Positions 41,862-51,900 of a stretch of DNA of 64,000 nucleotides are shown piece by piece (the first letter of the stretch is position 1; each line of letters opens with the position of its first letter). A program made the position numbers and the translations under genes. The DNA lies in sequence record SRR33789315_92; one strand, given 5' to 3'. A model generated the notes under the pieces. It saw only the letters and a program-made list of their open reading frames with translations. It was not told where the DNA came from and did not search any database.

Positions 41862-41891
41862 AAAAAGCCGGACTTAAAGTCCGGTTTTTTT
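41862..41891 (+). terminator. Intrinsic terminator after GH5
   Basis: AAAAAGCCGGACT-taa-AGTCCGGTTTTTTT. Confidence 0.88.
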
Positions 41892-42063
41892 GGTTTTAAA
41901 TTAGATATACACCTTTGAGTCACAGCAAAGTCCGTTTAAATTATAGTGATAAAGTTGCCGTTTTTACTGGCCAAACGATGTTATTTTTACTTTATGTTCG
42001 CCTCCAAAGTCAGAGTAAAATTTAATGTTTGTGAAAATAAATATTTATTATGTAAATTAATTG

Positions 42064-42151
42064 TTGAATGTGTGTAACCGGTTACGTTAGACTTGAATTC
42101 AATTAATAGGTCTATCCATCTATTTTTTTAAATATAAATGTAACCGGTTAC
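42064..42151 (+). promoter_or_regulatory. Sigma70-like promoter with an operator in the spacer and a second operator 66 bp downstream
   Basis: TTGAAT-18bp-TAGACT with perfect GTAACCGGTTAC at 42074-42085 and 42140-42151. Confidence 0.78.
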
Positions 42152-42272
42152 TCTTGTTCGGCAATATAACTGGCATTTGTGTACTGACATAAATAGGGCA
42201 CTGATAACCGCTGGCTAAAGAGTTGCTCTTTGGCGGGCTGATAATAAATGACATGCATGTAAGAGGTTAATA

Positions 42273-45200
42273 ATGATACTGAAAACCAAACTTAAACCAC
42301 TTGGGTCCTTTGTGGCCCTTGCTTTACTGACTAGCCTAACAACAGGTTGTATTAAAGAAGCGAAATTAAATACTGATACGGTAGTGTATACACCTGAAGA
42401 GAGACCCTTAGGTGTTATCGCTGGCGAACCGGCAGAATATGCCTTAGGTGAAACGGAAAATATTACTCTTACAGGACGTTTAGTCGGTACCGTCACCACA
42501 GAATCTGTATTGTGGACCCAAACCGGTGGCACATCAATTACGGGTGACATTGATTGGACTAAAGGAAATCTGACTTTCCCGACACCTGATGTTGAAGGTA
42601 TTGAAACCTTTATCTTTGAAATCACCGCATTGGATAGTGATGGTAATGTTATCAATGATGCAGATGGCAATCCACTGGTAGCCTCTACCAGCATTACGGT
42701 TTTCGATCCGGCAATCTTAGTCACTTACGAAATCGAAGACGCCTCAGTGGCTGAACTTGTTTCAGTGGCAATGGTGTCGTCTGGTGATGCTAATTATCTC
42801 ACGGGGGCTTCTGGTTCACATACAGCTGATATTGTTCCTGGTGCATCAGTGGTGTTTACGGTTAATCAAGAGCAAGACGCCTTCTTTACTTTGTATGCTC
42901 GTTTGGGTATTCCTTCAGCAGGTTACGGCAGTAAAAATGCTGTAGTGACAGTCAATGGTGTTGATACTGAATTGACGGTTGATGCCACTGGCAGTTTTTC
43001 TAATTATCGTGTTGGCATTATCAAGTTAACTGCTGGGGAGAATATTATCGAAGTGGGTGGTGGTTGGAATTACTATCGCTTGGATAGTATTTTAATGATC
43101 CCCGCCGCTGAGCCACCCGCACCATTAGCCGTAGCGCCAACCTTAGTTAACCCTAATGCTCAAGCATCAGCTTTGGCTGTTATGGAGTTTTTGGCGGCCA
43201 ATTATGGTACGGCGACTTTATCGGGTCAAACAGAGTATCCCAATAAAATTGATGGTGCCTTTCCTTTAACTGAATTTGATAAGGTTGTGGCGGCCACTGG
43301 CGATGATGCTCCTGCCATTGTGGGGTTCGATTTTATCGATTTCTCTGCCACTCGAGTGGCCAATGGCAGTGATACTACTGGTTTGTCAGAAGCCATGATT
43401 GCACAACATCAAACTAAAAACGTCATGCTTTCTGCCCTGTGGCACTGGAATGCACCCATGCATTTACTCGATGCCGATGGTGACGGGGTAGGTGATGTGT
43501 CAGGTAGTGATCAACAAGCGTGGTGGGCTGGTTTTTATTCACGAGCAACATCCTTTGATTTAGCTGCGGCGCTCGCTGACACTAATAGCCCAGAATATGC
43601 GGCACTGTTAGCCGATATTGATACGGTTTCAGCTGAGCTTAAAAAGTTTGCCGATGCGGATATTCCTATCTTGTGGCGCCCTTTACATGAAGCTGAAGGA
43701 GAGTGGTTTTGGTGGGGTACAGCAGGGCCTGAAGCATTAAAAGAATTATGGGTACTGATGTATGACCGTATGACTAACATGCATGGTTTAAACAATTTGA
43801 TTTGGGTTTATACCCATGCACAAAGTTTAGATGCTAACTGGTACCCCGGTGATAACTATGTGGACATTGTGGGTTACGACGGCTATGACGGTAACAATCC
43901 AGATAATCCCTTCAAAGGACAATATGCCACTTTAAAAAATCGTCATAACGGTAAAAAAATTGTAGCCCTAACTGAAACGGGCACTATTCCTAATGTTGCC
44001 TTGATGCATGAACAAAATGCCTGGTGGTCATTTTTCATTACGTGGAATTCAGGCGGTGACTATGGTCCTGATGGCATAGACGCGGCGGTAATTGATGCAA
44101 ATTATGCCGATGATGGTGTGATTAACTTGGCTGATATTCCTGGTGGCCGCGCTAAAATTGAAGTGGGAACGTGGGAAGACTTCGAAGTCAGCACTGCCAA
44201 TTTTGAAGCGCAAATTAATTGGGCTGCAACTAGTGGTATTGCTACTTCTGAAAAGTGGGCAACCAGTGGCTCACGGTCATTAATATTAGCTAAAGATCTT
44301 TCCTTAGAAACGGCGCCAACTGGCGCGATGTTCCAAGTTTATCCTACGGGTGGACTGGACGTCAGTGACGTCAGTACAGTGACTGTCAGTGCTAATGCAA
44401 TTAATGCAGGCGCAGGCACAACCGTAAAACTATTTGTTAAACATGGTGATGATTGGGAATGGGTAGATAGTGGTCCCGTAGCCATTGTAGATGGTGGTGT
44501 TGAGTTACAAGTGGATGTAGCAGCATACGATTGGTTAGCTGGTTTAGGTTTTCAATTTGAAGGAATAGACCCAAGTGCAACAGCCGCGGAGTTTTACCTT
44601 GATAATGTCAGGCTTGATGACGCCGTTATCTATGACTTTGAACCAGATGCTTCTGGTTTTGAATCACAAATTAACTGGACTGGTGTACCCGGTATCACAG
44701 TAACCAATGATTGGGCAGCCAGTGGTAGTCGCGCTTTAACAATGAGCAAAGATCTTAATACCTTTACCGACCCTACTGGTGCGATGTTTCAGGTTTATCC
44801 TGAAGGCGGTATTGATGTCAGTGAAGTATCGAAAGTGAAGGTCAGTGCCAACGCGATTGGCGCAGGTGCAGGTACGACCGTTAAGTTATTTGTTAAATAT
44901 GGAGATGATTGGGCATGGGCTGATAGCGGCGCGGTAGCCATTGTTGATGGCGGCGTTGAGCTCGAAGTGGATGTGTCTGGTTATGCATGGTTAGCTGGTT
45001 TAGGTTTTCAATATGAAAGTATTGATGCAACGGCCAACGATGCACGCTTTTATTTAGACAATGTGCGTCTTGATGAACAAAATATTTACGACTTTGAAGG
45101 CACAGGTAGCTGGGAGTTTCAAGTAAATTGGTCACCCACCAGTGGTGTGCAATTAGCTCAAGATTGGGCGGCTGAGGGTGAAAATTCATTGGCAGGAATA

Positions 45201-45521
45201 ACTCAACTAGTTGATGGTGATGACAATATCATCTTGCAAGTTTACCCCGCGGGCGGCTTGTTGCTTGGTAATGTTACGACTTTAAAAGTCACCGCTAAAG
45301 TGCAAGACGCTGGTGACAATGTGCAAGTTCAGTTATTTGCTAAAGACAAAGATTCAACGTGGCGAGATGGTGGTGCTGTAACGATGACACCAGAAGGAGT
45401 TGAGCTCAGTTTAGATATTGCTGATATGGGTGAAATAAGCGGCTTTGGTGTGCGTTTTATGAGTCCTTCTAACAGCACCAGTGAATCTAGTTACTATATC
45501 GATAAAGTGGTTTTTGAATAA
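42273..45521 (+). CDS. Multimodular lipoprotein GH26 beta-mannanase (Ig-like + CBM35-like + GH26 + three CBM-like repeats)
   Basis: Lipobox TTGC; WTQTGG Ig/PKD-like domain; YEIED..GGWNYYRLD CBM35-like module; WRPLHEAEGEWFWWG (acid/base), WYPGDNYVDIVG.D.Y and ALTETG (nucleophile); three DFE..INW..YLDNV repeats. Confidence 0.9.
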   Translation: MILKTKLKPLGSFVALALLTSLTTGCIKEAKLNTDTVVYTPEERPLGVIAGEPAEYALGETENITLTGRLVGTVTTESVLWTQTGGTSITGDIDWTKGNLTFPTPDVEGIETFIFEITALDSDGNVINDADGNPLVASTSITVFDPAILVTYEIEDASVAELVSVAMVSSGDANYLTGASGSHTADIVPGASVVFTVNQEQDAFFTLYARLGIPSAGYGSKNAVVTVNGVDTELTVDATGSFSNYRVGIIKLTAGENIIEVGGGWNYYRLDSILMIPAAEPPAPLAVAPTLVNPNAQASALAVMEFLAANYGTATLSGQTEYPNKIDGAFPLTEFDKVVAATGDDAPAIVGFDFIDFSATRVANGSDTTGLSEAMIAQHQTKNVMLSALWHWNAPMHLLDADGDGVGDVSGSDQQAWWAGFYSRATSFDLAAALADTNSPEYAALLADIDTVSAELKKFADADIPILWRPLHEAEGEWFWWGTAGPEALKELWVLMYDRMTNMHGLNNLIWVYTHAQSLDANWYPGDNYVDIVGYDGYDGNNPDNPFKGQYATLKNRHNGKKIVALTETGTIPNVALMHEQNAWWSFFITWNSGGDYGPDGIDAAVIDANYADDGVINLADIPGGRAKIEVGTWEDFEVSTANFEAQINWAATSGIATSEKWATSGSRSLILAKDLSLETAPTGAMFQVYPTGGLDVSDVSTVTVSANAINAGAGTTVKLFVKHGDDWEWVDSGPVAIVDGGVELQVDVAAYDWLAGLGFQFEGIDPSATAAEFYLDNVRLDDAVIYDFEPDASGFESQINWTGVPGITVTNDWAASGSRALTMSKDLNTFTDPTGAMFQVYPEGGIDVSEVSKVKVSANAIGAGAGTTVKLFVKYGDDWAWADSGAVAIVDGGVELEVDVSGYAWLAGLGFQYESIDATANDARFYLDNVRLDEQNIYDFEGTGSWEFQVNWSPTSGVQLAQDWAAEGENSLAGITQLVDGDDNIILQVYPAGGLLLGNVTTLKVTAKVQDAGDNVQVQLFAKDKDSTWRDGGAVTMTPEGVELSLDIADMGEISGFGVRFMSPSNSTSESSYYIDKVVFE

Positions 45522-45619
45522 GCCTTATTGCCATTAAACCTTAATCTGGCTCAGGCTTTCACACTTTATTAGGCACTGAATGTCTGGACCAAACTGAACA
45601 AAAAGTAAAAGGATAAAAC

Positions 45620-48600
45620 ATGCCTTCTCATAAAAAATTTAAACACAATTTATTATCCGTCAGTGTGCTCGCTGGGCTGACGTTGTTACCACTAAGCATC
45701 CATGCACAACAAGTGAATGATGACACAGAAGTCGCAGAAAAAGATGACGCTGAAGTGATTACAGTGCGCGGTATTCGTGGCTCACTTATTCAATCCATGA
45801 ACAACAAACGTTATGCCGGTAGTGTGGTGGATTCCATCAGCGCGGTGGATATCGGTAAATTACCTGATAGTACCATCGCTGACTCATTGCAGCGTATTAC
45901 CGGTATTCAAATCACGCGTTCTGGTGGTGAAGGAGCCTTGGTTAATATTCGTGGTAATGGCAATGTAACAACAACACTCAATGGTGAGCAAATGTTGTCG
46001 GCAGGTAACGTCACAACTATTACGCCTGATTTTGCCGATATCCCCTCAACTATGGTATCGGGTTTAGACGTGTATAAATCGTCACAAGCGCGCAATGTGG
46101 TGAGTGGTTTAGCTGGCACAATCGATCTTAAAACCAATCGCCCTTTTATGTTAACCGAAGAGTGGACAGTATTAGGTAAGGCCGAAATGACACGTGGCTC
46201 ATTAGGCAAAGAAAATGATGGTTTAGTCTCGGCATTTATTGGTTATAACAATGATGACAAGTATGGATTTACCTTGAACCTTGCCAAATCTTCTAGTCAT
46301 TTGGCTGATTATACCAATGGTTCACAAGGTGGTGAACCGGGTCAATATGGGGGATGGTCGTTTAATGCCAGTGAAGCGGCTAACTTTGTGCAAGATGATG
46401 TAGATGTGAATGGCGACGGTGACTTTAACGATGTGTATTACGGTTTTCAGGGCCATCAGGCCAGCAATCGTTTTATTGATCGCGATCGCACTGGGGTGAA
46501 TAGCTCTGTGCAATTTCAATTGACCGATTCCTTGAAATTAACCGGTGATGTGTTTTATACCAAGCTGGAAGAGTACCAATATTTTGCGGGTGTAGTGGCC
46601 AGCCAAGCATGGCAAGGTGTAACCGGATGGTATACTCCCACTGAAACCACTGAATACCCTAACATTACTAGTCAAGATGGGGTCTTTACTACTAACGAAG
46701 GCAGTTATTACACTATTCAAGAGGCCGACTACCAAGCGCGGGCAGTAAAAACTCACTCACAAACCTGGGCAGTAGAAAAAGAAGCATTGAATACCAATCT
46801 TGAACTCGCTTTTGATAATGGTGGAGCCTTTACCGGCAAAGTACGTTGGGTGCATGGTGAAGCCAATAATGATATGAGTCGCAGTATTATTGACTCCTTT
46901 ATCACCTCAGGTTCACAAATTGGTGATACTTATCATGGACCCGGTACAGAATTTATTAGTAATGCCAACCCATGGGGTTATGACGGAGTATCTGCCACAT
47001 TGCCTGATGGCGCAGCCGTTGACGCATATACGCAAATTCCGGTAACAATTAGCTATCGAGGTGGTCAACAAAACTGGAACTTCGGCTCTATTGATGTCAC
47101 TGAACAAGACGGTAGCATTACCAATGAAGTGTTTGGCAGTAACTTAAATCGTTACAGCAACAAATCCAGTAACCTCTATGGTGAATTTTCGAATGCTCAG
47201 CTTGATATCGCTCGATTTGACGGTTCTTATGTTATTGATATCGAGGCACTAGGTATGGTCAGCTCAGTTGATTTTGGCCTACGTCAAGGTCAACGAGAAG
47301 TGTCTAAAAATGGTTGGTATGGCGGTGTAGCCCGCACTAACGCTTATGGTGATGCGTTTTTAGCTCGTTGGAAAGATACTGCAACCCAAGCACCTCTCAC
47401 CTTGGAATCTTATATTCCTCCTATGTCATTTACTGAGTTAGATGCCAAAGGAATGATCACTGGTATTAGTGATTTTCACGGCTCTACTGGTTTAGGTACG
47501 CTGTACTTTATTGATCCTAAAGCCATGAAAGATCCTATTGCCTGGCACAATGAAATATATGGCACTAATGTATTGGTACCTGATGCGGCTAATGTATATA
47601 AGGTAAAAGAAAAAACGCAGAGTGTTTACTTTCAGGCTAACCTTGATGGCGACATAGCAGGCATGTCATACACAGGGAATATTGGTTTTCGTTACATCAA
47701 AACCGAGTTTGATATTACTCAGAGTGAGGGTTTACAGGGTACTGTGGCAAATTTTAATGGCCAAGACTTTTTAATTGGCCCAGGTATTTTGCAACCTGAC
47801 GGTAATAAAATAAATACCATCAATGCATACAATGATTTGCTACCCGCTTTAAACTTGGCGTTAAATTTAGATGAAGAACAAGTTTTAAGGTTCTCTTATA
47901 CTGAAACTGTATCGACCCACAATACCGATCAACTCGCTGGTGGTTTAACCGTGAATCGGGTTAAAAACTGTGGAATTAACAACGCTCAGGGTGAAGAGGT
48001 GTTTTGTGCCACGGGCGGTGGCCAGGATGGTAACCCTAACCTTCAACCTAACCGCAATGATAATCTGGAAGCTTCCTATGAGTGGTACTTCAGCGAAACC
48101 GGTATGTTTAATGTCGGCTTATTTTGGAGTAGAGGTAATACGGAATTTAGAACATCTTTAGTATTACGTGATGACATAGTTGACAGTGATGGGGTCGTGC
48201 GCGGTTATAATTTATCGACCGGTGAATTTACCGGCACCGTGCCCATTCAAACTACTGAAACCTTTGATGTTACTGGTGATTGGAACTTTGACAAACCCGG
48301 TTTAGAAATGGGTTATCAGCAAGGTTTAGACTTTCTAGATGGATTTTGGAGTGGTTTTGGGATTACGGCCAACTACACCTATTCACCTAGTGAAAGTAAT
48401 GACATGGATTTTTATGGTAGTTCTCTACCCGGTATAGGAAATTCTAAACATCAAACCAACTTAGCTTTATGGTATGAAAAAGATGGTATACAAGCCCGTA
48501 TCGCCCATAACTACCGCAGTGAAATGTTTAACGGGGTAAAATACGAAGGGGCTTATCAGTTTGCTTATTGGACAGCAGCGACTAGCTACTTAGATGCCTC

Positions 48601-48757
48601 TGTGAGTTATGACATTAACGAGATGGTGACCCTCTCTTTGCAAGGCACCAACCTGACCGAGGAATATCAAGAAAACTACCATCAGTGGGAGTCGAATATT
48701 GATAGTCGAGTCTATGGTGAACGTCGTGTGACCTTAGGTGTGCAAGTCAAACTTTAA
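45620..48757 (+). CDS. TonB-dependent receptor
   Basis: Signal peptide, EVITVRGIRGS, DSISAVDIGKLPD..IADSLQRITG and a C-terminal barrel strand; RBS AAGGA. Confidence 0.95.
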   Translation: MPSHKKFKHNLLSVSVLAGLTLLPLSIHAQQVNDDTEVAEKDDAEVITVRGIRGSLIQSMNNKRYAGSVVDSISAVDIGKLPDSTIADSLQRITGIQITRSGGEGALVNIRGNGNVTTTLNGEQMLSAGNVTTITPDFADIPSTMVSGLDVYKSSQARNVVSGLAGTIDLKTNRPFMLTEEWTVLGKAEMTRGSLGKENDGLVSAFIGYNNDDKYGFTLNLAKSSSHLADYTNGSQGGEPGQYGGWSFNASEAANFVQDDVDVNGDGDFNDVYYGFQGHQASNRFIDRDRTGVNSSVQFQLTDSLKLTGDVFYTKLEEYQYFAGVVASQAWQGVTGWYTPTETTEYPNITSQDGVFTTNEGSYYTIQEADYQARAVKTHSQTWAVEKEALNTNLELAFDNGGAFTGKVRWVHGEANNDMSRSIIDSFITSGSQIGDTYHGPGTEFISNANPWGYDGVSATLPDGAAVDAYTQIPVTISYRGGQQNWNFGSIDVTEQDGSITNEVFGSNLNRYSNKSSNLYGEFSNAQLDIARFDGSYVIDIEALGMVSSVDFGLRQGQREVSKNGWYGGVARTNAYGDAFLARWKDTATQAPLTLESYIPPMSFTELDAKGMITGISDFHGSTGLGTLYFIDPKAMKDPIAWHNEIYGTNVLVPDAANVYKVKEKTQSVYFQANLDGDIAGMSYTGNIGFRYIKTEFDITQSEGLQGTVANFNGQDFLIGPGILQPDGNKINTINAYNDLLPALNLALNLDEEQVLRFSYTETVSTHNTDQLAGGLTVNRVKNCGINNAQGEEVFCATGGGQDGNPNLQPNRNDNLEASYEWYFSETGMFNVGLFWSRGNTEFRTSLVLRDDIVDSDGVVRGYNLSTGEFTGTVPIQTTETFDVTGDWNFDKPGLEMGYQQGLDFLDGFWSGFGITANYTYSPSESNDMDFYGSSLPGIGNSKHQTNLALWYEKDGIQARIAHNYRSEMFNGVKYEGAYQFAYWTAATSYLDASVSYDINEMVTLSLQGTNLTEEYQENYHQWESNIDSRVYGERRVTLGVQVKL

Positions 48758-48779
48758 AAGTGTAAAAATCATAGTGTGC

Positions 48780-48813
48780 AAAGGGCTCAGTGTTTACACT
48801 GAGCCCTTTTTTT
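48780..48813 (+). terminator. Intrinsic terminator after the second TonB-dependent receptor
   Basis: AAAGGGCTCAGTGT-tt-ACACTGAGCCCTTTTTTT. Confidence 0.9.
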
Positions 48814-48911
48814 GTTTAAGAGGCTAAGGTCTTTTTAATTGAATAAATTTTGCTCTTAGCTTAGGCTTAAGCTTACATAAATATCTGATTATTTGGCCTT
48901 TTTATAAATTC

Positions 48912-51900
48912 ATGAAGATTATTAAGCTGTTAATCTTGCTTGTATTCACTGTAAACATTCAATTGCTTAAAGCCAATGAATATAGCCAAATCGGCTTACC
49001 TGTGTCCCAAGTGTTTGGCATTAAACAGCACCAAGGTAGTGACCAAAATTGGTGGCTCAGTACAACCGATGATGGCTTGATTTATGTCGGCTCAGGCACC
49101 GGCTTAAGCCAATGGGATGGCGAACAATGGCATAAATACGCGACGCCTAATAATACTCGTATTCGTTCAATTGCACCTTGGGCAGACGGTGGTTTGTATG
49201 TCGGCACCATTGATGAAATTGGTCGTTTTCTGCCTGATGAACTTGGCCGTTTGCACTACCAATCTTTATTAGAAAACTTACCCTCTGAGCAGCGCCAGTT
49301 TGGTGAAATTTGGTCTACGGCCGCCAATGAACATGGTGTGGCTTTTATCAGTAATCAGCAGGTGTATTTTTGGGATGGTTCGCAACTACAGGTTTTGCCT
49401 AATATACCTGGCGGTAAACATCGACTATTTGCTTTAGATGGCGATTTTTTATTTAAACAGGCTGATGATCCCACATTGTATAAAATTCAGATTTTTGCCT
49501 CTGGGACTGAATTTACATTAGAAGCAACGAATTTTTCCTTGCCCGCTAAATCTTATGTACGCAGTGTTTTTACTAATCAAGCGGGTAAATTGGTAGTCGT
49601 CACTTCTCAACACGGTGTATTTGAGCAAAATGCTGATGAACTAGTGTTAAAAGTGGATGCTCAGCTCTTTGGTCAAGATGTCATTATTTACAATAGCATT
49701 CAGGCCAGTGATGGTTTTTATTATTTAGCGTCTTTATATGACGGTTTGTTTATTCTCAAACCTTCACTTGAGTTAGTCAGACATTATCAACAACAAGATA
49801 ATTTAAGTGCTAATAGTTGGTACTCGGTATTAGAAGATAAGCAGGGTAATATCTGGCTGTCAGGCATTCCAAATGTTATTAAAATCGTGCCACCTCACCG
49901 CTACAGTACCTATGACATAGGTGATAACTCCACCATTATTGATAAATTGGCTGTGGCCAATAAGCAAGTTATCGCTGCTGGAGATGGACTATTTGGACTT
50001 ACACCAGCAGGAGTTAAGCTCTCTCCAGCTAAGTTTGACAGCCTTGTTGTCAGTAAACACATTAATTTTGATGTACTTGAATACCATGGATATTTTCTTT
50101 ATGCGGGTAGTGGTGGTGTATTTGCCCGTGCGATAAATGCCGACACTGAAGATTTTGAGAATATTATTGTTACCAGTTGGGCTAGAGGGCTGAGTGTTGA
50201 TCCCATCAGTGATACCTTGTTTGTCGCCTCTTATGCCGGTTTGTATCATCTAACCTTAGACCAACAACAATGGGTCGCACAACTGATTGAGCAAACCGAA
50301 GATGAACTTGAATTTGTTGCCGTTGAAGACAATGGCGTAGTGTGGGCAGGCACACCCAGCCAAGAACTATATCGTATTGAAAATGCCCAGTTTGCAGAGC
50401 ATGACACTCAAGTCCGTAAATTTACCGAGCAAGATGGTTTACCGCGCGGTAATGTGATGCCTTTTAAATTGCCCTTTGGTGTGGGGATCGCGACTACAGA
50501 TGGATTGATGGATTATCGGGCTGGTCGCGTACCTGAGTTACAATTTATGTCAGGGCTTCCAGCTAAATTTACCATCAAGGGTCAAGACGTTTTTCGTTTA
50601 CATGCTGATGAACAAGGCCGCATCTGGTACCGCATCGGTCAAGATAGCGGTTATATACAACAGGATGAAACAGGTGTTTGGCAAGATAATGAGACTTTGT
50701 TTAAACCCTTTGCTGACTCGGGATTTAAAGACTTTCTGAGTGTGGCGGAAAACACTATCTGGTTTGCGCAAAGTTCAGGTGAAGTATATCGCGCCAATAT
50801 TGAACTTAGTGAACTTTTACCTGAGCCTAGTCAATTAGCGATTCGACAGATCACCGACCTCAATAATAATAGTTTGCTCTATGGTGGTCTGCTGCCAACA
50901 GCTACTTTGCCCACCCTTGAGCACAATGGTAATTCCATTCGTATTGCATATTCACTTACCAATCCCATTACTAAACAAAGTACTTTGTATCGACATCGTT
51001 TACTCGGCAGTGGCCATGATGACTGGAGTGAATGGAGTAGGGAGCACCAAAAAGATTATACCTTGTTGCCGGGTGGGGAGTTTAGTTTTGAGTTGCAAGC
51101 CCAGGATCAGTGGGGCCGCGTTTATAACCAACAGTTGGTGTTTGCCGTTCAGCCACCTTGGTATTTAAGTCATTTAGCCTGGTTTATTTACCTAACATTG
51201 TTATTGTTAATGCTAGGCATGAGTGGTTGGCTAACCCAACGTTGGCGTACTAATAAGTTGCGTAAACAAAATCTAGCCTTAGAGCAAACCGTGACTCAGC
51301 GAACCCAACAATTAGCCGTTAAAGTGGATGAGCTTGAGCAGCAAAAAATCTTAAAAGAGCGATTTTTTACTAATGTAAGCCATGAATTTCGTACCCCGTT
51401 GACCTTAACTATTGCCCCATTGCAAGAGTTATTGCGTGAGCAACAAGAGTTACCACAAACTATTGTTTATCCAGTGACTACCGCACTTAATAATGCCAAA
51501 AATATGTTGAGCTTAGTCGGCCATATTTTGGATATTAATCGCTTAGAACTGGGGCAGTTCCCGCTGCATATTGCCCAATATAATGTGGCTGAATTAATCA
51601 CTAACGTAACACAACGTTTTACTACTTTAGCCAGCCAACAGCGGCAAACTTTGCTGATAACTGATGCCCAAGATCCCCTGTTATTGTATTGCGACCGTGA
51701 CCAGTTAGATAAATGTTTAGCTAATCTACTATCTAATGCCATTAAGTACAGTGGTGAAAAAAGTAAGATTGTGATCACCTTAGTCAGAGATGAAACAGAA
51801 GTGGGTATTCAAGTGGCTGATAATGGCACTGGCATAGCAAGTGATGAACTAGCCAATATTTTCGAACGTTATTATCAGGGCAAAACCGCGGAGTCAGTGT

